Source of the DNA: Candidatus Saccharimonadales bacterium
GTDB taxonomy: Bacteria > Patescibacteriota > Saccharimonadia > Saccharimonadales > UBA10212
Direction of reading: 5' to 3'
Length of the DNA: 64,000 nucleotides
NCBI GenBank assembly: GCA_025450575.1
Contig: JANWHE010000016.1
Coordinates: 93,874-157,873, forward strand
The notes beneath the pieces were generated by a model. The model ran no database searches and was not told the origin of the DNA. It was given only the letters and a program-made list of their open reading frames with translations. The position numbers and the translations under genes are program-made. Of the stretch, positions 1 to 7,924 are shown one piece after another (position 1 is the first letter of the stretch; every line of letters begins with the position of its first letter).

Positions 1-88
1 TAAAACTTTAGTATTTATTATTGCCAATCAAAACCTCCAAAAGTCGTAATAACTTCTTATCTATTCTAACGCAAGCCGGCACGAAACT

Positions 89-1333
89 CTATAAGCTAGT
101 TTGGCCGGACATGTAGGGCTGTAGGGCGGCCGGGATTGAAACGTTGCCCTGCGCGTCCTGGCGGTTTTCGATCAACGCGATAGGTATGCGGCTCATGGCG
201 GCCATCGTACCATTAAGAGTGTGGACGAATTCGCTGCCGGCGTCCTTCTTATACCTTATATTCAGCCGCCGGGCCTGGTAGTCCGTCACGTTACTGACGC
301 TCATCAGTTCGCGGTAAGAATTATCGACCGGCGTCCAATATTCCACGTCGTATTTTTTGTAGGCCGGCGCGCCCAGGTCGCCGGCGGCGATGCGGACCAC
401 CCGGTACGGGATCTCCAGCTGCTGGCAGAGACTCTCTTCCAGCGCCAGTAATTTCTGGTGCCATTCTTCGCTTTGTTCCGGTTTACAAAACACGTAGAGT
501 TCGAGCTTATTGAACTGGTGGACTCGGTAAAGGCCGCGGCTGTGCTTGCCGTAGGCGCCGGCTTCCAGGCGGTAAGCCGGGCTGTAGCCGGCGTAAAGCT
601 TAGGCAGGTCGGCCTCGGCTAAGGTTTCGTCGGCGTGGTAGCCGGTCATCGGAATCTCGGCGGTAGCGATCAGATGTAAATCCTCGCCCTCAATCTTATA
701 AATCTGCTTTTCCTCATCGCTTTTGGCGGTGAAGCCGGCGCCGTCGATTATCCGGCCGGTGACCATGTGCGGCACCAGCATCGGCATAAAGCCCTGCTCG
801 CGGGCGAGCTTTAACCCTAGCTGCAGCACGGCGAATTCCAGCTCAACCAGCGAATCTTTGGTGAAATAAAATTTGTTGCCGGCGACTTTGGCGCCGCGCT
901 CAAAATCCAGCAATCCTCGCTCCTCAGCCCAGGTCATATGATCCTTGGCTGGACGCTGATTGGTATCGCCCCAGGTCTTTTCCTGGCGATTATTTTCTTC
1001 GCCGCCCTGCGGCGTATCATCCGGAATGACGTTGGGAATGTCGCGCATCAGCTTATCGAACTCGTCGTTCACCGGGCCGAGCTGGTCTTCCAACTTGGCC
1101 AAGGATTCTTTAAGCTGTTTACCTTTTTCTATTTTTGCCGGTGACGGCTGCTCGCCAGCTATGAAGGCCGAAGCCTCGTTGCGTTCGGCCCGCAGGCCCT
1201 CTATCTCAGCTATCAATTTGCGGCGGTTATCATCCACCTCCAGCAGCTTGGCGACATCCACTTTATATCCTTTGGCGCCGGCGCTTTTTTCAACCAGCTC
1301 TCTGTTGTCTCTGATAAATCGGATATCTAACAT
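89..1333 (-). CDS. serS: Serine--tRNA ligase
   Basis: MLDIRFIR N-terminal coiled coil; class II motifs TAEIP, YRLEAG..RGLYRVHQFNKLE, HTLNGT. Confidence 0.98.
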   Translation of the reverse strand: MLDIRFIRDNRELVEKSAGAKGYKVDVAKLLEVDDNRRKLIAEIEGLRAERNEASAFIAGEQPSPAKIEKGKQLKESLAKLEDQLGPVNDEFDKLMRDIPNVIPDDTPQGGEENNRQEKTWGDTNQRPAKDHMTWAEERGLLDFERGAKVAGNKFYFTKDSLVELEFAVLQLGLKLAREQGFMPMLVPHMVTGRIIDGAGFTAKSDEEKQIYKIEGEDLHLIATAEIPMTGYHADETLAEADLPKLYAGYSPAYRLEAGAYGKHSRGLYRVHQFNKLELYVFCKPEQSEEWHQKLLALEESLCQQLEIPYRVVRIAAGDLGAPAYKKYDVEYWTPVDNSYRELMSVSNVTDYQARRLNIRYKKDAGSEFVHTLNGTMAAMSRIPIALIENRQDAQGNVSIPAALQPYMSGQTSL

Positions 1334-1421
1334 ATGTATAGGATATAACGCCCACCGCTTTTTTTGTATTTGTTTATAGACCGTTTATAATTCTGCTTAA
1401 GCTAACCCGAAAAGGAAAAAA

Positions 1422-2048
1422 ATGAAAAGACTGAAAATCGGGCACCCGTCAAACCGGATGCTCGTTCTGATATTGACCCTGATAATCGCCCTGAACGTGG
1501 CGGTGCTTTGGTTCTACGGCGACCGCTTGAATACGCTATGGCAGCAGAACGGCAACGGCAGTCTATATAACAATGGGTCCGGTTACCAGAACCAACCGGT
1601 CTCCACGGACATCAAGTTTTATATCCAGACGGCCATGAAGTCCTTATATAACTCGCAGCCGGCGACCGATGCCGCGCAGCAGCGCCTTTATCTTCCGGAA
1701 GCCAAGATTTATCTGCCCCTGACCGCCTACTCCCGGACTTTGGTTTATAGGTACCAGCCGGCCGGCGACGGGATCCCCGAGACGCTTACCGTGACATCTA
1801 GCGCCAATACTAACGCCCTGCCCTCGACTTTCGATGACGTGCCCTGTTTGCAGCGCCACGCCACAGTTCTGATTAACAGCGAGGATAAGACATTCGCCGA
1901 CGGCAGTTTCGTGTCTGATATCAAACTGGCGGACGGCCGAAACTTGAGTCTATACGACCACGATAGTTCTGCCTGTGGCAGCGCCATATGGAGCCAGGGA
2001 GCACCCGCCAAGGTCGTCAGCCTGCTTAAGCAGGCTCAGTCTTACTAG
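1422..2048 (+). CDS. Hypothetical membrane-anchored exported protein
   Basis: 208 aa ORF with a single N-terminal hydrophobic helix and SD-like AGGA upstream. Confidence 0.7.
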   Translation: MKRLKIGHPSNRMLVLILTLIIALNVAVLWFYGDRLNTLWQQNGNGSLYNNGSGYQNQPVSTDIKFYIQTAMKSLYNSQPATDAAQQRLYLPEAKIYLPLTAYSRTLVYRYQPAGDGIPETLTVTSSANTNALPSTFDDVPCLQRHATVLINSEDKTFADGSFVSDIKLADGRNLSLYDHDSSACGSAIWSQGAPAKVVSLLKQAQSY

Positions 2049-2802
2049 TCGCCTTGATAGCGTCAAGCGTCAGCTGGGTGCGGGCCCGGGCGTAGGCGCA
2101 GTATTCACAATCGGGATTTTCTTTAGGCATGTCGCCCTCTAGCGTTTCTTTGATTTTTGCCAATGTCGGCTCCACCCATTTATCGCTGCCCTTATACGGG
2201 AAGATGTTCGTCCGAAACTCCACTTTGTTGAAAAAGCCCTTGCCGCTGGCGATGCCGTTGGCGTAAACGAAATAGCCGGTATCGCTGACTTTATGGCCTT
2301 CGCCGCGCAGTAGCCACTGGTAGACTTCCATCTGGCGGCGGTAGCTATCATGCCACTTAGAGTCCTCTAGGTCGGTGATTTCCTTATTCTTGGCGGTGGC
2401 TTTATAGTCGACCACCACCAGTTCGTCGTCCGGCGTCACCCAGACGTCGTCCACGCCGCCGAAAATCAGCAGGTTGGTCGGTTCGTGCAGGTGCTGCACG
2501 CCCGTGAAAGTGTGCCGCCAGCGCTCCAGGTCCTTGTGGGCGAAAGGCTTGGCGTCGACCTTGAACTCAATCTGCCAGGGGTGGGGCTCGCCTTTCTCGC
2601 GGTAAACGTCGAATTCGGCTTTCAGCAGCGTGTCGATGGCGCTGTTGATTAAAAACGGCGGAGAGCTGGGCTGGTCGATCTTAAGGCGCTGAGCCAGCCA
2701 GAAACAGCGCGGACAGCGGATAAAATTCTCAATTCGGCTGCGGCTGAGCTTATACGCTCCTTTTTGTCCCGGCACGTAAGCCGGGCTTCTTTCATATCCC
2801 AT
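2026..2802 (-). CDS. PD-(D/E)XK nuclease family protein (RecB/AddB/Cas4-like)
   Basis: LSRS..F..CPRC N-terminus, G.VDD...VVDYK catalytic motif, Q..VY, C-terminal CEYC. Confidence 0.85.
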   Translation of the reverse strand: MGYERSPAYVPGQKGAYKLSRSRIENFIRCPRCFWLAQRLKIDQPSSPPFLINSAIDTLLKAEFDVYREKGEPHPWQIEFKVDAKPFAHKDLERWRHTFTGVQHLHEPTNLLIFGGVDDVWVTPDDELVVVDYKATAKNKEITDLEDSKWHDSYRRQMEVYQWLLRGEGHKVSDTGYFVYANGIASGKGFFNKVEFRTNIFPYKGSDKWVEPTLAKIKETLEGDMPKENPDCEYCAYARARTQLTLDAIKATSKTEPA

Positions 2803-2836
2803 TGCTCCTATTGTATCAGTCCGTCGAGCCTAAGAA

Positions 2837-3622
2837 TCAGAACGCGTCGACCCGGGCGACACTGTTGTCGGCCGCCGAATCAAGGTATATCTGTACCGTG
2901 CTGCCGGGCTGTACCGCGGCAATCGTGGATTTGTTATAGCTCTGATCGCAGAACAAGGTCGTGGCCGTGTAGTTTTTGGATGCGATAGGCGCCACGGCAT
3001 TGCCCGTACTATCAAAGACATATTGGTTATCGGGCGAGAAAGTGATTTTGGAAGTGGCTTGGTCGACGCTGGCAACGGTTAAGCTGCCGCTGACTTGGTA
3101 GCCGCTAGTATCGCCCAGACAGACCGAGGAAGCGCCGGTAGCAGCGCTTGACTGCAGGCTGGCATAAGATCCCGGATTAGTGTTCAGATAGGACGAGCTG
3201 ACAGTCTGGCAGTTGTTCCCCTTCTTATGCGACGTTTCGACGCTGCTATCAAAGTAGCTCCCGTTAGGAGAAACCGTCGTCTGCTGGCTGCCGCCGGTTA
3301 TCCCGCCGGTAAGTAGGCTGGCCCAGCCGGCGTCAAAGCCACTGCTGGCGCTATGATAATCAAAACATATCTTATATTTGGACGCTCCCATGGTCTGATA
3401 GCTTACCGTCTTAGGCGCATCTTTGACGCCCAGGGCATCCAAAGACTGTGGGATGCTCCCACCGTGATTAGCCGAATATTCATCCAGCTTGGTGCCAATC
3501 TGCTCCACGGCTTGGTCCGTGGCTTTATCGGCCTTGGCCGCGCCGGCCTGGCCAAGCGCGTAACCTAAAGACGCCAGAGTTATAGCCATCAGTACTATGA
3601 AACCGATGTAATACTTCTTCAT
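2837..3622 (-). CDS. Pilin/pseudopilin-like membrane-anchored protein
   Basis: N-terminal TM helix followed by a helix L..Y...HG..P.SL..L typical of pilin-like globular domains; paired Cys residues. Confidence 0.55.
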   Translation of the reverse strand: MKKYYIGFIVLMAITLASLGYALGQAGAAKADKATDQAVEQIGTKLDEYSANHGGSIPQSLDALGVKDAPKTVSYQTMGASKYKICFDYHSASSGFDAGWASLLTGGITGGSQQTTVSPNGSYFDSSVETSHKKGNNCQTVSSSYLNTNPGSYASLQSSAATGASSVCLGDTSGYQVSGSLTVASVDQATSKITFSPDNQYVFDSTGNAVAPIASKNYTATTLFCDQSYNKSTIAAVQPGSTVQIYLDSAADNSVARVDAF

Positions 3623-3643
3623 ATTGATGCCGCCGCCATGACC

Positions 3644-4300
3644 CTACTTGATCAGGCGGTGTTCGTCCCTCCAGTAGTAGGCTAGGACGCCGCCGGCAAT
3701 CACCAGGACGACCGCCAGGTTGGCCAGGGCTTTGGGTATGGACGAGCCGTGGCTGCTGCTGGCGTGCTGCAGCAGCACGTAGACGAAATAAATCAGGTTG
3801 ACCAGTACCGCGGTGTAGGCGATTATCTGGGTAATCTGCGACCAGCGCCGCTTAGAGGGGTCGAACCGCAGCCCCGGGTCGGCCAGTTCGGCTTTTTTAA
3901 GCCTTAAGAAAAACCAGCCGAAAATCGGCACGCAGATTACCAGCGCCGAAGTCGGAACTACTACGTAGTTGAAGCCGCGGCTGCCGTTGAGCATATTTAA
4001 AATCACCCAGCCCAGCGTTAAGGCGCCTATCCAAAGGACGATTGTCATCATCCCGTACTCCACGCCCCGGACGCTTAATACCTCCAGCACCGGAATGGGC
4101 TTATCGGTTCCCGGATCGGTAAGAGGCGCAGCCGCCGGAGGTTCTGGAATAATCACTGGCTGAACCGGGCTGGGAACGGCGCTATGCTGGACCGCGGGCG
4201 AGAACACCTGGGCCGCCGCCTGCGGCGGAAGGGGCGTGTAAGCGGCCGCCTGCCCCGCAGCGTTATCGGGAGCAGCAGGATAAATAGTTTCTGTTTGCAT
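3644..4300 (-). CDS. Four-TM membrane protein with Pro-rich N-terminus (DUF5671-like)
   Basis: Four hydrophobic segments, C-terminal YYWRD; co-oriented with the pilin-like gene. Confidence 0.6.
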   Translation of the reverse strand: MQTETIYPAAPDNAAGQAAAYTPLPPQAAAQVFSPAVQHSAVPSPVQPVIIPEPPAAAPLTDPGTDKPIPVLEVLSVRGVEYGMMTIVLWIGALTLGWVILNMLNGSRGFNYVVVPTSALVICVPIFGWFFLRLKKAELADPGLRFDPSKRRWSQITQIIAYTAVLVNLIYFVYVLLQHASSSHGSSIPKALANLAVVLVIAGGVLAYYWRDEHRLIK

Positions 4301-4365
4301 TTTTTGTCCTGATTATTAACTTAAGCGCAGATTAGCATATGCGTTTATAATTTACAACGGACAAT

Positions 4366-4399
4366 AAAAAACGGGCCCCACCGGCCCGTTTTTGTTTTT
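4366..4399. terminator. Rho-independent terminator, probably bidirectional
   Basis: AAAAACGGGCC-ccacc-GGCCCGTTTTT inverted repeat downstream of the YggT gene. Confidence 0.8.
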
Positions 4400-4417
4400 G
4401 GAACTAACTCTAAAGAC

Positions 4418-4738
4418 TTATTTGCGGCCGGACGGGGTCCAGAGCAAAGCTACGTTGTAGAGCAAGTAGCCGGCGGCCATGTAGACGGCCATCGCGAACA
4501 GGGCTACCCAGTCTATATACCAGTTGCCCGGAGTGGCAGTAGCGTGCGGGAACACGACGCGGAACGGTGCCAACAGCACGTCCGTAGTCGCGAATGCCCA
4601 GTGCACGAATCCGCCGCCGGCGCTAGTGAAGAAGAATTTCAGCACTACGCGCAGCGTCAGCAATAGCACCGCCAGATTGACGAACAAGTCAATCATACGA
4701 GCCACCATCGGCTTGGTTAGTTTATAGAAGTCCAACAT
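4418..4738 (-). CDS. YggT family membrane protein
   Basis: LL.LR..L.FF, T..LLAPFR..FP, ID..AL.A pattern. Confidence 0.8.
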   Translation of the reverse strand: MLDFYKLTKPMVARMIDLFVNLAVLLLTLRVVLKFFFTSAGGGFVHWAFATTDVLLAPFRVVFPHATATPGNWYIDWVALFAMAVYMAAGYLLYNVALLWTPSGRK

Positions 4739-4862
4739 TGGGTCCTCCTTAGTTAATGAGCCAATAATATGCCCGTTTCAGCGAATTTTCAATAACATAT
4801 CCACAATTTCAGGTGAATCGCCACCCTCACCCCTATTGATTGTTGTTTTGTTTACTGTCCGT

Positions 4863-5243
4863 TTAAGGTTTACGGCGGCTGTCCAGCTCCTGGATTCTAT
4901 CGTGATCCAGGCCGAAATAGTGGGCGACTTCGTGCCAGACCGTATGGCCGATATTCTGCCTAAGCTGGTCCTGGTCGCGGCTGACGGCCATCAGCGGGTT
5001 CCTAAAGATGGTAATCTTATCGGGCAGCAGCTTGGTGCGCCCGCCGCGCTTGGGCAGCGGCAGGCCTTCATATAGCCCTAGCAAAGTCTGGTACGGCGCC
5101 AGCTTCTGCTGCTGTCTCTGCTCCGGCGTAGGGTCATCTTCCAATATAAAAGCCACGTTCTCCAAACGAGACCGGTATGGTTCGGGCACGTTATCGATGG
5201 CCTCGGCCAGATACTTTTCAAACTCCTCATCGCTCGCCTGCAT
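4863..5243 (-). CDS. Zincin-like metallopeptidase (Zincin_1 family)
   Basis: LLGLYEG.P, PDKITIFR.P, HEVAHYFG motif. Confidence 0.9.
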   Translation of the reverse strand: MQASDEEFEKYLAEAIDNVPEPYRSRLENVAFILEDDPTPEQRQQQKLAPYQTLLGLYEGLPLPKRGGRTKLLPDKITIFRNPLMAVSRDQDQLRQNIGHTVWHEVAHYFGLDHDRIQELDSRRKP

Positions 5244-5509
5244 CCCCTAATTCTACCAACTTTCTCCTCATTATTTTTCAGGGAAAGGTAGTGTTTCGGT
5301 TCATTGTGCCCTTTTTTTTCCGGAAGAGCCGGACCGTTTCCGCTTGCGGAATTGGGCTTTGCCCAAAGGCCCGATGAGAAACCGCGAAGGGGTTTCTCAT
5401 ATAAAAAGAGGCACCCTCACAATCTAGCGCCTCTCTCCCCAAAACCCCTCGATTACGTATTATCTGCTCTTTATATATAGGGCGCTGTAAGAAAACCCTT
5501 GTAGCCGGT

Positions 5510-5575
5510 CGTGAGATTTCTCACTAAAAGAACGTGATTTTACAAACGGTCAAAAAGTTTTTGTTCGTATATATT
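5510..5575 (+). promoter_or_regulatory. Tandem CRP-like boxes plus -10 element for the 5599 gene
   Basis: CGTGA-gatttc-TCACT (5510-5525); CGTGA-ttttac-AAACG (5533-5548); TATATT at 5570-5575, 29.5 bp from the centre of the second box. Confidence 0.55.
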
Positions 5576-5598
5576 GATAAGCGTTATGGGAGTGAGGG

Positions 5599-6081
5599 AT
5601 GATAACAAAATTCATAAGCTTAGCTACGGCCATCGTTACTCTGGATGTATACCTGCAAAGTCAGCTATCTTCCAACGACCCGCTATTCTCGTTCATATCT
5701 AATAACCTGGCGGTAAATATGCTGATGGTGACACTGGCGGCAGTCGCTGTGGCGGTAAGTTTCCGAAAGCACTTTGACAGCTGGTACAGCTACGCCGCGG
5801 CTTCAGCCGGGGCGGCTATGTTGATAATTGTCGGCGGCGCCGGCTTTTTCTTCAGCGGCTTCTTACCTTCGCTGTGGATGGTAGCCTTGCCGCTTAACTA
5901 CCTACTGATGTTAGAGTTCGGCGTCATCCTAGGCGCCTGCGCCTTATCTTATAAGCACGCGCCTCGGCCGGCTTCTGTCCGCCTGCCGCGTCTGGTTACT
6001 GCCTTCAAGCTCGCTTTTCCGGTTCCCAAGATCCCTCACTTCCCCCTCGTCGGCCGGCCTACCGCCCATGACCCCGGGTAA
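5599..6081 (+). CDS. Hypothetical four-TM membrane protein
   Basis: 160 aa with four hydrophobic segments; GGGAG SD upstream. Confidence 0.7.
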   Translation: MITKFISLATAIVTLDVYLQSQLSSNDPLFSFISNNLAVNMLMVTLAAVAVAVSFRKHFDSWYSYAAASAGAAMLIIVGGAGFFFSGFLPSLWMVALPLNYLLMLEFGVILGACALSYKHAPRPASVRLPRLVTAFKLAFPVPKIPHFPLVGRPTAHDPG

Positions 6082-6103
6082 CTTGAGATTTTTTTCACTA
6101 GAA

Positions 6104-6213
6104 ATAAAAAAGGGGCCGCAAGGGTCCCTTTTTTATGCTGTAACTAGCCCGAAGGTTCGTTACGGCCCGGAAAGCTCATTGCTGGACTTTCCGCGATCAC
6201 CTCACGATGACTA
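6104..6213 (-). ncRNA. Putative small structured RNA (sRNA-A)
   Basis: Minus-strand TTGACA (6247-6242) N16 TAAACT (6225-6220); three hairpins capped by GUGA, GCAA and UUCG loops; terminator 6104-6136. Confidence 0.6.
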
Positions 6214-6279
6214 TCCATTAGTTTATAGGACTGTGTTTTATTGTCAAAGGCTTATGTTTATGTTGTTAAAGCTTGTGTT

Positions 6280-6476
6280 TTATCTACAGATATGGCCTTG
6301 TGTACAACCTGTGGACAGCTTCTGGGCCGGGAACGAGTAAGGACGGTCCGCGAGGAACCGTCCTTAAGTTTTGTGAGGTGTACTTTTGGCCTTTTGCTTA
6401 GCCAATTTAAGCATAAACCCGATAATCCCTAAAAACAACAACTATTTTCAGGGTTTTTTTACCCACCTGTGAATAA
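6280..6476. promoter_or_regulatory. Cluster of DnaA-box-like 9-mers
   Basis: TTATCTACA 6280, TGTGTACAA 6299, TGTGGACAG 6310, TTACCCACC 6459, TGTGAATAA 6468 in an AT-rich intergenic region. Confidence 0.4.
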
Positions 6477-6486
6477 TTTCATATCC

Positions 6487-7305
6487 TTACGGGTTTTTAG
6501 CCTCGGCGGCCTGCCGCAGCAGGTCGTCCAGAGATACGTAATTACCTAGCTTTTCGGCGAACGGCGCCAGGCTAAGGCGTACCGTACCCTCGTTCTTGCC
6601 GGCCAGGGCGGCGATTTTAGGAACCCCATGGCCTTGTAACCACAGATCCATATACCCTACGGCGGCGGGTGTAACATGGCGCTTCCTGGGCTTCCTTAAG
6701 CTGTCGTCATATTTCTTAGTCGCTACTCTGACCGCGTCAGCGATAGCCGCTATCTCTTCGTTGCTTAGCTTATCCATGTCATCTAAATTCTCCTTGGGAT
6801 ACATCCAGGCCAGGTATTCCTGTGTCTGTTGGCGAGCGATGGGCGACAACTCCCCCCGCTCCGGCTCCATAACAACGGCTTCTCCCGTTTCCGGCTGCTG
6901 CTCTGCCTCATCTTCAGCCGGCGTTGCGTCTTCTTCGGCCGGGATTTCGACTTCCGGGAAGGGCTGGGCGGCCTCTTCGGGCACCGGAATTTCTTCGCCA
7001 AACTCTTGGGGTACCGGCGCTTCAATCAAGCCATCCCCTATCAGTAAATCAGCTAGCTCCGACAGTGGCAGTCCCGTCTGCCGCCTTATGTTTCCAATCG
7101 CCAGCTCAATCTGCTCAGACTGGGTGCTGCGGTACTTAGCGATATCTTTAATATCGTAATTTCTGAAAAGTTCGCTGACTATCAACACTTGCTCCCGGGT
7201 TAGTGAGCCTAAGATTCCCGGGTCAAACAACTCGCCGTCATCCACGGACCGCAGGTCTGATGGTTCTTCTTCGCCGCTAACTGGTTCTTCGTAAGCACAT
7301 TCCAT
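6487..7305 (-). CDS. Hypothetical protein with two putative HTH domains and an acidic linker
   Basis: LuxR-like LTREQ..I...DIKDIA and sigma-R4-like G.GVPKIAALAGKNEGTVR; start moved to ATG 7305, just after TTGCGA-N17-TACCTT. Confidence 0.6.
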   Translation of the reverse strand: MECAYEEPVSGEEEPSDLRSVDDGELFDPGILGSLTREQVLIVSELFRNYDIKDIAKYRSTQSEQIELAIGNIRRQTGLPLSELADLLIGDGLIEAPVPQEFGEEIPVPEEAAQPFPEVEIPAEEDATPAEDEAEQQPETGEAVVMEPERGELSPIARQQTQEYLAWMYPKENLDDMDKLSNEEIAAIADAVRVATKKYDDSLRKPRKRHVTPAAVGYMDLWLQGHGVPKIAALAGKNEGTVRLSLAPFAEKLGNYVSLDDLLRQAAEAKNP

Positions 7306-7366
7306 AAGTACAGATAAGGTATCTTTTTTTAACCCCTTTCGCAAGCATAGGCCTTATGGTCGGCCT

Positions 7367-7454
7367 AACAAGAAAGGAACCTTTTTAGGGGTTCCTTCCT
7401 TGCGAAGCGGTGCCACCCTAAGTGGTGTCGCTTCTGACCACCTCACAGTGGTCA
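7367..7454 (-). ncRNA. Putative small structured RNA (sRNA-B), CRP-box promoter
   Basis: UGACCACU-GUGA-GGUGGUCA hairpin, GAAGCG..CGCUUC hairpin, AAGGAACC..GGUUCCUUUCUU terminator; -10 TATTAT at 7465-7460. Confidence 0.65.
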
Positions 7455-7486
7455 ATTTAATAATATGCCAGCCTATTACGCCTCGC

Positions 7487-7502
7487 TGTGACCGGCGTCA
7501 CA
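7487..7502. promoter_or_regulatory. CRP-type box, perfect consensus
   Basis: TGTGA-ccggcg-TCACA. Confidence 0.75.
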
Positions 7503-7612
7503 CGCCGCCGGCTCTTTTAGAGGGCTGTTCAAAGTGTGCTAAATATCACTTTACAAACTGGGCGTTAAGCGTATTCTTCGCTTATAACCAAACTAAACAA
7601 AAAGGTTAAAAA

Positions 7613-7858
7613 ATGGAAAGCGATCCCCAGGAAGAATTATTTGACGACTTATATCTGGCCCAGCTTCTCCCGGCGCCCGTGTCCGCCGAACGCGGTCCGG
7701 TCAGGACCGTCTTATTCGAAGCCCGGGATATAGTCATGGGCGGCATCGACCTGCTGCGCAATCACCCTGTAGGCTCCATCGAAGTCGGGGCCAGCTTAGC
7801 CGCCACCGGCGTAGCCTTAGGCGCGGTCATCGTCCCCCGTTTGCGCCACGCCCACTAG
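7613..7858 (+). CDS. Small hypothetical protein with C-terminal TM anchor
   Basis: 81 aa; acidic N-terminus, hydrophobic C-terminal helix, basic tail. Confidence 0.6.
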   Translation: MESDPQEELFDDLYLAQLLPAPVSAERGPVRTVLFEARDIVMGGIDLLRNHPVGSIEVGASLAATGVALGAVIVPRLRHAH

Positions 7859-7924
7859 GGGTCTAGGTTCTGCTAATTTATCAGCGGCGGTTTATGTATT
7901 AATAGGGCTGCTTGTGCCATAATT

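Noticed and set aside
2026..2802. Cas4-like nuclease as a sign of CRISPR-Cas
   Set aside because: No cas1/cas2 or repeat-spacer array was seen in the window; a solo PD-(D/E)XK protein is the simpler call.
4790..4805. CRP box upstream of the YggT gene
   Set aside because: Only one half-site is good (TGTGG) and the spacing is off; it fits a DnaA-like 9-mer equally well.
6084..6099. TGAGA-N6-TCACT CRP-like box
   Set aside because: It lies between a stop codon and a terminator with no suitably spaced -10.
7367..7454. sRNA-B as a riboswitch or attenuator of the downstream gene
   Set aside because: The downstream gene has its own TTGCGA-N17-TACCTT promoter, and paralog C has no protein gene directly behind it.
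6068..7609. Track ORFs 6068-6340, 6241-6432 and 7400-7609 (also 11830-12027)
   Set aside because: They run through terminators, promoters and hairpins and lack protein-like features; probably spurious.
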